Part shown: in pieces, positions 12,216 through 23,133 of the stretch
Layout of the letters: every line of letters begins with the position of its first letter
Position numbering within the stretch: position 1 is the first letter of the stretch
NCBI GenBank assembly: GCA_000934665.2
Contig: JYFJ02002717.1
Coordinates: 1 to 52,090 of the forward strand
Direction of reading: 5' to 3'
DNA: 52,090 nt
Source of the DNA: Catajapyx aquilonaris
Taxonomy: Eukaryota
Notes under the pieces: generated by a model
Database searches by the model: none
What the model was told of the DNA's origin: nothing
The model's input: the letters and a program-made list of their open reading frames with translations, nothing else
Position numbers and translations under genes: made by a program

Positions 12216-15200
12216 TCAAAGTACAATGTCACAGAATTGCAGTCTCGCCACCAAAAGTGAAAAAAAGGCATAAATTTGCTGAATTGCATACACTGGCATG
12301 GATGAAAACAATAAATGAATCTTATCTGGAGGAAGATTTGGAATCCCTCCAAGTCTTGCCCTTCTTATTCCGTATGAAAAATGACAATCATAAATCAAGT
12401 GGTGCAGGGACCATTCTTCGCTGCTGTTGCAAAGTGTGCAGTTAGTGCCCGGGGGAAAACTAAATTTGTAATTTTTGACATAAAAAGTGTAGGATGCATT
12501 CCTAAGATTGGTCACTAACCGAACATATGGTAATGGGAGAGAGTATAAAAAATATTGGGCAAGACCCATATCTGGCGAAAGATCAATGTAATATTTATAC
12601 CGGGCCGATGTTTGGAGCTGCGCTCTGTCTGATTCCATCAGGGAAGTAATAAAATTTCTAACCAATACTCCTTTATTAAGAACTTCCCCATTTGTCAGCC
12701 AGGCCTTCCAAGAAAAGCCCGCAGCCCAAAACAACTCTCTGACCGACCTCGCCCATTGCAGTTCCTCCTGCGAATCAAGCAGCCAACACAGTGCCATTCT
12801 ACTCCATCTTTCCTCCGGCAGGGCTATTGTTTTTGTAATAAAATTCACCAGCTGTTTAAATACATTTAACGCTAGCTTCAGTCTACCTGTCTCCATCCTG
12901 GCGAAATACCCTGCTGCGTTTCGCGGTATAGTCAAGAGCTTTTTGATAAAATAGGTCTGGATCTTCTCCACCTCCTCTAGCCGGCTCAATGACCAGAAGC
13001 AAGCACCATACAGCGACGCTGGGACTATTTTTGCGTCAAATAACTTAAAAGCTGCCCTTACATTCCTTATTTTCAAATTAACCAAGGTAGGCCATAACGC
13101 ATTTATAGATGCGTAAGCTTTCGACAAAAAATATTGTGTTGTCCGATCTGATTGCGTATAAGCTATAAAAGGAACCCCGAGGTATTTATATTCATCAGCT
13201 GACTCTATTATCTCTTTTTTCCAGTAAAAGCAATCTTTTCTAGAGATCTTCCCCCCCTTTCGAAAAACAACCACCTTAGTTTTGACTACATTTAGATGTA
13301 GTTCATTCTCTGTAAAGTAATCTTCCATCGCCTTTAAACTTTTTCTTAAATCAAGCGGATTATTTGCCAGGATCACTAAATCGTCAGCAAACTGAAGAAA
13401 GTTAATTTCCCCTTTACTACCAAATCTCACCCCCGATATCCCATTATTCACGAATATTGCCGGAAGATCCGCCAAAAATAAATTAAACAGCAAAGGACTA
13501 AGCGGATCACCTTGTAAAACCCCCCTTGTAATAGGAATGCTAACTCTGCCGTCCTGCGAAACAATATTTGCCCCCGTATATATTGCTTGCAGCGCGCTCA
13601 TATACCTACTTTGGCTTAACCCCAGTGACATTAATTTTGCAAAAAGTTTATTGTGTTCCACCGAATCAAATGCTTTAGCAAGATCCGCAAAAAGCGCATA
13701 CAGTTTTCCTCTTTTTTTCGCCGTGTACTTCTGAATCAATGTTGTAAGTACGAATATGTGGTCCGCACAGCCTCTATTTCTTCGAAACCCCGCTTGATTT
13801 TCCGGAAGTTTATTCTCGGCTTCCGCCCAACAGCGTAACCTAGTTTCCAGTATCACTGAGAAGAGTTTCATCAAGTTATTGACCAGGGATATTGGTCGGT
13901 AATTCGCTGGATTTGTATCAGGTCCTGATTTGTAAATGGCTATTACTGATATTGACAACCAGGAACGCGGAACCATACCCTTCTCTAGGAAACCGTTAAA
14001 AATTTTCAGAATTAAATCTTGAAGGTCTAGTGAGGCTAGTTTGATGAGTTCATTAGGTATTCTGTCCGGTCCCCCTGCTTTTTTATTTTTTAGCCGAGTT
14101 ATAGCTAGTTGTAGCTCCCTAGTTCGAATAGGGCCGTCAATTACAGGGATCGAATATAAATTTAACATTCTAAACTGAGTGCTTATAGGCCGCGGGGAGT
14201 ACCACTCTCTTAAGTACTGTAACCATAACTCTTCGTCCACCCGGTGCTTTTTTACACTCCCCCCGCTCTTATATCTTTTCACCAATGCCCAAAATTCCGT
14301 CATATTCTCAGTTCCTAGCATTTTCTGGATTGTAACATTATGGTACTTTCTCTCCTTGGCCTGGAGCTCACTCTTATACATCCTCGCTTTCACTTTATAC
14401 TCTCGCCGTGTTGTCTCCGTAGGATTGGCTTTCCATTCAGCCAATGCTTTGATAACCTTCTTCTTAGTTTTCAGCAAATTGGCATCATACCAAGGGGCGC
14501 TTGTTTTTTGACCTAGTAAAGAAGGGTTATATCTTTGCTGCAAAATCCCCGTCTCCTTCAAAATTATTTGCATTTTCGGGGGAAATTCCTCCATCAGCTC
14601 CTCTATCTCCCTATCTCCCTGCAGTAACTGTTTACACTCCTCCGTTACTTTACACATTAAACTATCCTTACTCGTTCCTAGTTTTTTCCAGCTGATCGCG
14701 GTTCTGAGTCCCTTTTCCTCCCGAGCTTCATTTGACCAGAATGTAGTGCATATAGGAAAATGGTCTGAGTTGGTTAGATCCATGACCTTAAAATCCACTA
14801 TACATGCGGGCAGACCTTGGGATACGATGGAGTAGTCCAGCACTGTGGCAGCTGCTGATGAGCAGAAAGTAATCTCTCCATTTCTGTCCGAATCAGTTCT
14901 ACCATTCAAAATCAGCAATGCATCTTCCTCTAAATAACGCAAAAGTTTGCGTCCTTGAGTGTTAGTCTCGGGGTCCCTTGTACCCCTAGAACCTTGAATT
15001 AGCGGGACCTCTTTGGGGTCGAAACTCACACTTTGCTGTTCCTGACCAATACGGGCGTTAAAATCACCTGAAAGGCATACCTCACAACCCTCCTCCAGCC
15101 AAGGAAAAATCACCCTTTCCAATTCCAACAAACACTCGTCATACTTGATGGCGGGGGAGAAATATATTAAACCAAATATCATTTTTTGTGCAAAGGAAGT

Positions 15201-15609
15201 AGTAATCTCAACAAAAATAAACATTGGGGTTGACAACAGTAGTTTCGGGTTCCATCTCGACCTAATCATGAGTGTCAATCCTCCCGATGCTCGCCCTTTC
15301 TTTTTATCTTTCACTGCTTTTTCGTGGAAATAACACCAGTCACTTTGCCCCCGCTTTTGCAAGCAATTAATATCCCACGTCTCGACACAGCCCAGGACTT
15401 CCAGGTTTTTTTACAGATAAATCGCACTCACCGTATGCATCAGCCACTTTTAAGCCGGCCACATTCCATGTGACCACATTGAACTCACTGCACTCAAACA
15501 CTTTCGGCTTTGACTTGCTAGCCCACACGGGGGAAGGCACCGGTGTTTCTTGGACTGCTGTATGATAATTACCCGATTCCTTGAGTCCCCTCACCACATC
15601 TGCGCCCCT
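12216..15609 (-). CDS. LINE ORF2: AP endonuclease, reverse transcriptase and C-terminal CCHC; one frameshift at 15406-15412
   Basis: EN motifs TWNVAGL, VETW, GDFNA, LDY and SDHFP. RT motifs NYRPISL, QAGFR, DLAKAFDSV, GVLQGDPLSPLLF, FADD and YKYLG. CTLC...HLIYDC. TWNVAGL is one base out of frame with the rest across an A7 run. Confidence 0.9.
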
Positions 15610-16548
15610 TCACTGCCCCTCCCCACTTCCACTCCGACCTGTAGTGGGCTTCTTCTGCGACCGCTGGGCCATCTGCTTCCATTGGGTCTGGCCCTGTTCT
15701 TCAGTTTCTTCATCCTCTGACTGCTGTTCCTCTTCGATTCGGGCCACCAACGCCGCCCTGTCACCTTGCTCATGTCCCTTCGGTTCCTTATCATGATCCT
15801 TGAGCATCTTCTTCGCCTCCCGAATGTCCCCCGGAGAGTTACGCAGACGTTTCTGGTTCGATGCTCCTGAATTGGCGGCACCACTGGAAACCCGAACCAG
15901 GCTTCCCTCATCTTCCGCCAACCTGTACCTTGTCCCATTTATCATCAGTTGGTCAAATTTGAGGGTTGCCTTCTTCCCTTCCTCTCGTGCCTTCTTCAAG
16001 TACGGTATAAGCCTGCTCCGGATCTTGCGGACGTTAATTGAGTAATCTTGATTAATTGACATCGGAGTTCCTTTAAGGTTACTTGCTCGGCTTTGAATAG
16101 TTTCCTTGTCCTTGGTCCGCAGGAACGCGGCTATCAGTGGCGCCCCCTTCCCCGGTCGCCCCAAAACATGCGCCCTTTGAAATTCAATGGCGTTCGGGTG
16201 GTCATGCAATTTATATTTGGTAATAAAATTGCGCAGCTGACCCTCAACTTGTTCCCACGTTTCCAGCCCACCTTCCGTCTGGATTCCATGGAAAATGAGG
16301 TTGTTTCTGCGTGTCCTGTTTTCCAGATCGTCCATTTTCATCAGTAGGGCCGACTGCGCAGTCTGCATCTCCAGGATACGGTTATTGGCCTCACCCAGCT
16401 GTCCCACCAAGTCTTGGTGTCCACTTTGGATATCTTCCAGGATTGTGGACCACTTGTTCTCCAGCCGCTGCACCGCTTTGTCCAGCTTACTAGTTATGTC
16501 GGTCTTCAAATCGTCCAACAGGGCCTTAATCTCAGCCTTGGTGGCCAT
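15610..16548 (-). CDS. LINE ORF1, L1-type coiled-coil + RRM + CTD RNA-binding protein (312 aa)
   Basis: N-terminal heptad coiled coil, then LENRTRRNNLIFHGI, RAHVLG, INQDYS..R..R and ATLKFDQLMING, as in Transposase_22-like ORF1p. Confidence 0.88.
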   Translation of the reverse strand: MATKAEIKALLDDLKTDITSKLDKAVQRLENKWSTILEDIQSGHQDLVGQLGEANNRILEMQTAQSALLMKMDDLENRTRRNNLIFHGIQTEGGLETWEQVEGQLRNFITKYKLHDHPNAIEFQRAHVLGRPGKGAPLIAAFLRTKDKETIQSRASNLKGTPMSINQDYSINVRKIRSRLIPYLKKAREEGKKATLKFDQLMINGTRYRLAEDEGSLVRVSSGAANSGASNQKRLRNSPGDIREAKKMLKDHDKEPKGHEQGDRAALVARIEEEQQSEDEETEEQGQTQWKQMAQRSQKKPTTGRSGSGEGQ

Positions 16549-17056
16549 AGCACCCCCCGTGAATATAAAGTTCGATGCACCGATTGTTCACTAAAGGAAT
16601 GCTAGGCACCACTCGACCGCTCCAACGCACACGTCTTTTCCCTTCGAACTCTGTCTGGGAAGTCTTTTGGACGCAATTGTGTCTACACCGTAATAATAAA
16701 CGATGATTCACCGTTAACAATTATCGCCTCGTTTCCTAGCTACCCAACAACAATGAGAGACCGTCTAAATAAATTGTTCGACATTTTCTGGACACATCAA
16801 GTGCTTAAAATTATCAGTGGAAAATTTGCATCTTCTAGAACCAGTGAGAACAAGAAGCTGCATTGTTACATTTGTAAGTTAATTAGAGTTAGTGTGAAGA
16901 ACTTAAATTCAAGTTGCATTTTGGTTGATATTTTTAATTGTTTTTAAATTAGGAAATGAAGAATAGTGACAAAAAAATCTAACAACTGTGCAAGTGTCCT
17001 ACATATAGGACGTTAGGCTACTGAACCTGGTGCTTTCTGATCAGGTACATCCAACA

Positions 17057-18176
17057 ATGGCCCAGGAGCAACGCGTCCTCCTTAGTCCTGTGGTGCAACC
17101 CTTTTACTTCATGTGCACCATTGAACATTGGAGCATCATGAAAGGAGAAGAAGCGATTCCTTTTCCCAACTTCACAATATCCGGACCATCCAAGCCTATC
17201 GAATGGTACGTGTCTGTCTTACCTCCGAGCAGCGACGATGCGGAGGAAGGACCTAAATACGTCAAGCTACACTTGGACTGCATACCAGACGTAAACGACG
17301 TGAAAGTGACTGTCGCCATGTCCTTCGTCATTAAAAGCGCCAGCCAGAACGATTACGTACAGGACTGCGAACAGGTCGAGACATTCTCGATGTCTGTACC
17401 AACATTCCGTACCTGCTTCATTCAACTGATCGACTCTGAAATCCTGGAAGAAAGGTCTGAAGATCTGGTTCCTAACGACGTTTTGACTGTAATATTTAAG
17501 GGAAAAGCTCTTGTGGAGACTGAAAAGGTGGTGGAAAAGCCTATTGAAGTTAGTGGTTCTCGTCTGGTTGAAGACATACGACGACTGTTGCGATCTGGAG
17601 CTGACAAGGATGCGAAACTGGTGTTGGCAAATGGTAAAGGAAGGATACGTGTCAACAGGTCCATCTTGTGTGCCAGAAGTCCCGTGTTTGCTGCCATGTT
17701 CGGGTAAGACATTAAAATTTAATTAGTGATTGAATGCATTGTTACATTCTGTCTCTTTCTTTAGAGATAAGAGGAGGAGGAGAGCTGTCGTTGATGGCTT
17801 CAGTCTAGATGTGGTTCTAAGCATGGTGGGCTTCATATACACAGATCATATCCCTGTTAGAATGACTCCTGAACTAGCCATGGAACTCACAGCAGCAGCG
17901 GTCAAGTACCAGCTTCCTCTACTTGAATCTCTTTGTCATACTTACCTCTCCAAGATCATGACTCCTGCAAATGTGGTCGGTATACTGGGTTATGCCATTC
18001 GACATGGATTGACTGCACTGAAGGACATGTGCGTAGAGTTTGTTAGGTCCAATCTTCTAGAAGTGACCAGAAATCCGTCATGGAAACAATGCTGCGACAC
18101 ACAAGTTATTCAGTCTGTCTTTAGTTCTCTTAACTTGTTGATCACCTGTGCGTATCAAACAGGAAGAGAACATTAA
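17057..18176 (+). CDS. SPOP-like MATH-BTB protein B (352 aa, 2 coding exons)
   Basis: Exons 17057-17703 and 17765-18176 join in frame through a 61-nt GT-AG intron, giving PVFAAMFG-DKRRRRAV. MATH, BTB and BACK-like tail are present. Confidence 0.87.
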
Positions 18177-18536
18177 AAGATGGCGATTGTCACCATTTTA
18201 GTGATGGGATGTATGCAAATAAAAATAATGTAACACTTGCTTCAGATATTAGTTATTCCAAGCAATCCAATGTTTTTGCAACTGCTCTGCTTTAAACTAC
18301 AGGCTGCAGATTTGATATCCATTGTCGATATTGTTGACTCGTCTCCGAGGTTTCGGCTAACAATGAGACCTGAAATTCTGCGTGAAGCCAACTTCTAAAT
18401 TATCTGTCCTCAAAGGCAACTGGGACCATTATTTTTCTTAGTGGGCGAACTAACAAGTGAGTTATTGATAATTGTAGTGTACATACGACGTCGTCAAATT
18501 GACCTTATTTTTTTATCCAACAGCTGATTCGATAAA

Positions 18537-19568
18537 ATGGCTGGGGTCCAGCAAGTTGTTCTCTGCCCTCGAGTGTACCCGTTTCACTTCAGATGGACCA
18601 TTGAACACTTCAGCATATTGTGCGAGAAGGAAGAACTTGTGACAAGTCAATTCGTTGTTGATGGTCCGAAACGGAGCAAGTGGATGCTGCGTCTCAATCC
18701 TCGTGGCATGCATGAAGATTCAGGTCACTTCTCAGTTTTTCTAGTTCACATTCCATACAAAGAGGATGAGAGGGTCAAGGTCTCGTTTCACCTCAAGATC
18801 CAGAGTGAAAGTGGTGATGACTACTGCAAGACAGAATATGGATACATCCACGAGTTTTCAAAGGACGCTATCTTCTCTGGTGATCCTAATCTCATCACTT
18901 TGGAAGATTTGATGAACGGAAAATCCGATCTGCTTCCAAATGATGTCCTGACTGTGATCTGCCAAGGAAAGATTCTGCTGGATAACACAAAGCCAAAGAA
19001 TCTGATTCCAATCCGAGGTCCTGACATGTCCAATGATATTAGCAAAATGCTCACTGTAAGTACCGGCAAGGATATAACTCTGGTGGCTAAAGGCAAGACA
19101 ACATTCTTAGTCCACAAGTTTATGTTGTGTGCAAGAAGTCCAGTGTTTGCAGCCAAGTTCAAGTCAAAGACTCCAGAGAGCAAGTCCGGCAAAGTTTTGA
19201 TGAAAGACTTCAGTCCAGATGTTGTACGAGGGATTGTGAACTTCATGTACACAGACAAATTACCTGAAGAGATGACGAATGATCTGGCTATGAATCTGAC
19301 ATCAGCTGCTGTAATGTACCAGATGCGTCGACTCGAGTCTCTATGCGAGGTTCATCTCTCAAATTCCATGAAGGTCCAAAATGTTATTGAGATCCTGGGT
19401 TTCGCAATTCGCAAAGGCATATCGAAACTGAAGGAGATATGCATGAAGTTCATCAACACCAACAGAAAGGACATGGTTGATTCTCAGGTTCTGAAGGATT
19501 GCACAGGAGACGTTGAAGTCATGAGAGGTCTTATCGACTTCCAAATCATGGGGAAGGAATTTATTTAA
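18537..19568 (+). CDS. SPOP-like MATH-BTB protein C (343 aa)
   Basis: Single coding exon. FRWTIEHFS, VHKFMLCARSPVF, FMYTD and a C-terminal LKEICMKFI helix. Confidence 0.92.
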   Translation: MAGVQQVVLCPRVYPFHFRWTIEHFSILCEKEELVTSQFVVDGPKRSKWMLRLNPRGMHEDSGHFSVFLVHIPYKEDERVKVSFHLKIQSESGDDYCKTEYGYIHEFSKDAIFSGDPNLITLEDLMNGKSDLLPNDVLTVICQGKILLDNTKPKNLIPIRGPDMSNDISKMLTVSTGKDITLVAKGKTTFLVHKFMLCARSPVFAAKFKSKTPESKSGKVLMKDFSPDVVRGIVNFMYTDKLPEEMTNDLAMNLTSAAVMYQMRRLESLCEVHLSNSMKVQNVIEILGFAIRKGISKLKEICMKFINTNRKDMVDSQVLKDCTGDVEVMRGLIDFQIMGKEFI

Positions 19569-20140
19569 ACAGCATTAACTTCTCCAGGAGTCATTAAAGC
19601 AATTTTCCTATATCATCATAGAATAGTTCAGTGAGAAATATTCACAAGTACCTAAGGAGCATCAATCTATACAAAATTCGCTAGTGCAATTTTTATGACA
19701 TTCACAGGGCTTGTAGGCTGCACTACAGGCTTGAATTAAAATGAGATTATCTGCTCAATATTGTAATTTTTATTTGTTGGGGACATTTCCAAGGTTATGA
19801 CCAACAGATGGAGTTCAAAATTTTCTGTCAAGCATATCTACACTTCTGAAGTTATCTTGGCCCAATACGAACAATCCACGATTATCTTCAGCAGCAAGAA
19901 ATTAACAAGTTAGCAACTTAACAGTGATTAACACAACAAAATTTAAAGGTAAGACTATTTTCACTATATTGCAGAGTGTTGTGTTCTTCTCACTTTATGT
20001 ACATTGTACAGTCCCAATTACATAAATGTCGCTGATACTTCCTGTGGTATTTCTATCGTCTTAGTAACTAGAAGGACAGAAGCTTTACAAATTTTCCATA
20101 TAATGATGTTTGCATATCCGGCAGCTGACTTGCTGAGAAA

Positions 20141-21178
20141 ATGAATCAAGTCCTTCACTCCGTGTTATGTCCACGGATCGAACCATTTTCCTTCAAATGG
20201 ACCATCGAGAACTTCAGCCTCCTGCAAAATCAGGACATCATAATATCAGACCAGTTCACAGTGAACGGACCTGAACCAACCAAATGGGAGTTGTGGTTGT
20301 TTCCAATGGGACATTCTTCATCCTGTAAGCCCATACCTGGCTTCATGTCTCTGTACATCAATCACCTCTTCCCTTCAGACAACTTCAGAGTCACAGCCAG
20401 TTTTAGCCACTCGATTCAGAGCACCAGTGGCGAAGACTACTCTCACGATGGAAGAATCACAACCTTCTCCAACTCAATGGGGATGAAGCCTGTATGGGGA
20501 TGCCAGTGTTTCATCGAAACAGAAGAGCTAAAGAAGAGATCATCGGAACTGCTTCCAAACGACACACTCACTTTGGTATGGGAAGGAAGCATGATGCTGG
20601 ACAAGGAAAAACGAGAAGAGAAGCTTGAAGCTGAAGGTCCCAGTTTGATCCAGGACATTGAGCATATGTGGAACTCAAATGACAAGGATGTGTTGCTGGT
20701 GTCAAAAGACAAGTCGGTGTTTCATGTACACAAGTTCATTCTGTGCGCCCGAAGCCCGGTGTTTGCGCAGGAAAGCATGTCAGGACGGGTTGATGTGAAG
20801 GACTTGGACCTAGAGGTGGTGAGAGGTATGGTGTACTTCATGTACAATGACAACGCGCCTGAAGACATGACTGATGAGTTTGCAATGGAGCTGATGTCCG
20901 CAGCTGGAAAGTACCAGATCCATCGACTTGAGTCACTGTGTGAGCTGCATCTTGCAAAAGCCATAACTGTTGCGAATGTGACTGACATCTTGAGATTTGC
21001 ACTCAAACATGGGTCGTCGGCGCTGAAGGAGGCTTGCATCCGGTTTGTACAATTGAATCGTGATGAGGTGCAAGACTCTCGGGCTTTCAAGGACTGCAAG
21101 GACGTTGAGGTCATGAGAATAATTGCAGCTTCAATGCTGCCTATATTTGAGCCAGATTTCAGCATACTTGTTGTATAA
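20141..21178 (+). CDS. SPOP-like MATH-BTB protein D (345 aa)
   Basis: FKWTIENFS, WGCQCFI and VHKFILCARSPVF, with a short in-frame deletion after PVFA. Confidence 0.92.
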   Translation: MNQVLHSVLCPRIEPFSFKWTIENFSLLQNQDIIISDQFTVNGPEPTKWELWLFPMGHSSSCKPIPGFMSLYINHLFPSDNFRVTASFSHSIQSTSGEDYSHDGRITTFSNSMGMKPVWGCQCFIETEELKKRSSELLPNDTLTLVWEGSMMLDKEKREEKLEAEGPSLIQDIEHMWNSNDKDVLLVSKDKSVFHVHKFILCARSPVFAQESMSGRVDVKDLDLEVVRGMVYFMYNDNAPEDMTDEFAMELMSAAGKYQIHRLESLCELHLAKAITVANVTDILRFALKHGSSALKEACIRFVQLNRDEVQDSRAFKDCKDVEVMRIIAASMLPIFEPDFSILVV

Positions 21179-21532
21179 AGGTTTGGATTGCTCTGTATGA
21201 ATGTGTGTACATGAACGTAAATATATACAATACACTATTGTCATCAATTACTGTGAAGTGTGTGGCATTCCGTTGAATCGTTTCCTAGGTCACCAACAAT
21301 GAGTGCATTCGGACAATCGAAATCCTTTGTGAAGCATCAGTTACATGAAGCAATTGAGTGTTAAATTATTATTGGTGCCAGAAGGCAGATCGGACCATGG
21401 TTAGTCTACCGTCTGAAGGAATACGCAATTGAGAATAATTGTAAGTTGTATGTCTGACAGGTGTAAGGTAATAATAGAACAAATTCGTTTCATGTATATG
21501 AATCCAAATTTGACAGCTGACTACTTGCAAAC

Positions 21533-22606
21533 ATGGTCGAGGTTCAGCATGTGGTCACCACTACACCTGTGCAGCCGTTTTGCTTCAGATGGAGAATCGA
21601 AAGCTACAGCTTCCTTCGAGACGACGAAAAGATCCCTTCAGAACAATTCGTTGTGGCTGGACCTCAAGATACCAAATGGCAACTCTGGCTATACCCGAAG
21701 GGAAACGTGAGATATGACAAACGTGCTTCAGGCTACACTTCAATCAGCCTGCAATTCATACCTGATCCATACGACCAGAAAGTCACTGCAGCCTTTTCAT
21801 TCTCCATTCAAAATGCTGCTGGAAGAGAAGGTCATGTACGGGATGACCGAAAGGCTGTCATGTTTGAGAAGGGATATTCAGTCTGGACCTGTCCAGACTT
21901 TATCAACAACCACATCTTTCAAAGGAGGACGTACGAACTCATACCGAAGGATGTGCTCACGTTGATCTGTCGAGGAAAGATATTGGTGAAGAGTGCGAAA
22001 AGGGTCGTGACACCAGAGGAGCCACAGCAAGTTTCAATCCAGCAAGGATTGGCTTCAGATTTTGAACGAATGCTGAAGTCTGATGATAGCAAGGATGTGA
22101 TGCTGGTTGTGGCAAAATCTGGGATCAAAATTCGGGTACACAAGTTCGTGTTGTGCGCCAGAAGTGCAGAGTTTGCATCGTTGTTCGAGAGAAGCTTAAA
22201 GGTTAGGAAGACAGGACGTGTTGTGATCGAGGGCTTCAGTACGGAGGCGGTGCAAGGTATGGTACACTTCATGTACACAGATCAAGTACCTCCCATACTG
22301 ACACATGAACTGGCCATGGAGATGATGAAGGTTGCTGACATGTACAAACTGGATCGACTCGTGTCTCTCTGTGAAGCGCACGTCAAGGACTCAATGACCG
22401 ACGAAAACTGGATCGACACCATGAGTTTCGCCAATCACAACGACTTTTCGTCGTTAGATGCCGAGTGCTTCCAGTATGTCAGCACACATCTGCCTGGAGT
22501 GGTCGAAACTGAATCCTGGAAAGGATGCACTGACAACGAAATCATTCAGGACATCTGTTCTATCATCTCGTATGGTCGTGCACGTATTAAGGATCGTGCA
22601 AAGTAG
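21533..22606 (+). CDS. SPOP-like MATH-BTB protein E (357 aa)
   Basis: FRWRIESYS, WQLWLYPKG, VHKFVLCARS and FMYTD. Confidence 0.92.
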   Translation: MVEVQHVVTTTPVQPFCFRWRIESYSFLRDDEKIPSEQFVVAGPQDTKWQLWLYPKGNVRYDKRASGYTSISLQFIPDPYDQKVTAAFSFSIQNAAGREGHVRDDRKAVMFEKGYSVWTCPDFINNHIFQRRTYELIPKDVLTLICRGKILVKSAKRVVTPEEPQQVSIQQGLASDFERMLKSDDSKDVMLVVAKSGIKIRVHKFVLCARSAEFASLFERSLKVRKTGRVVIEGFSTEAVQGMVHFMYTDQVPPILTHELAMEMMKVADMYKLDRLVSLCEAHVKDSMTDENWIDTMSFANHNDFSSLDAECFQYVSTHLPGVVETESWKGCTDNEIIQDICSIISYGRARIKDRAK

Positions 22607-23133
22607 CATACAACAGGTCGACATTGTATTTTTCAGGACAAATATAAATCTGACAGTTTACACGCGATGTTTTACTTGACCTTTTTCCAGACGAGTACAG
22701 TACCCACATGATAGTGTCTTCAATAACTTTATTAATAATCGTGACAGTATAATAATGTTGATCTGTTGTTTATTCTTATTGATTCGTTTGCTAGGTTACT
22801 GGCATCATTATGACATATTCGGATGGTGAATTTTTAAAAATTCGTCAAGCAATTAAATTACCAGTGACAAGACAGTCGAATCTCACATCTTTCTCTCAAC
22901 ACATTTAGGTGAGAATGGTTATTACACAATTGTAAATATGAGGTTACAGCAAGGGGCACTCCGGTGTACACTTGCAGTGGTACACTCCTCAGGTATATTA
23001 CTCTTTGATACTCCTTGGTACTCCAGGGTGGTTAACCCTTTGAGTTACAGGGTGGAGATGTTAGGCTGTTAATTAATTGAATGTTTATATCAATAGGACT
23101 TAATGTGCAAGTAGTAAGGCGTCACGTCACAAC

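Larger units (their letters stand above)
12117..16662 (-). mobile_element. Full-length non-LTR retrotransposon (LINE; clade uncertain, RTE-X/L2-like)
   Basis: Perfect 12-bp TSD TCTTTTGGACGC at 12105-12116 and 16663-16674. Poly-A tail appears as the T-run 12117-12140. Two ORFs. Confidence 0.95.

Noticed and set aside
12216..15362. Bacterial retron, group II intron or defence-associated RT
   Set aside because: The APE domain, ORF1, poly-A tail and TSD identify a eukaryotic LINE.
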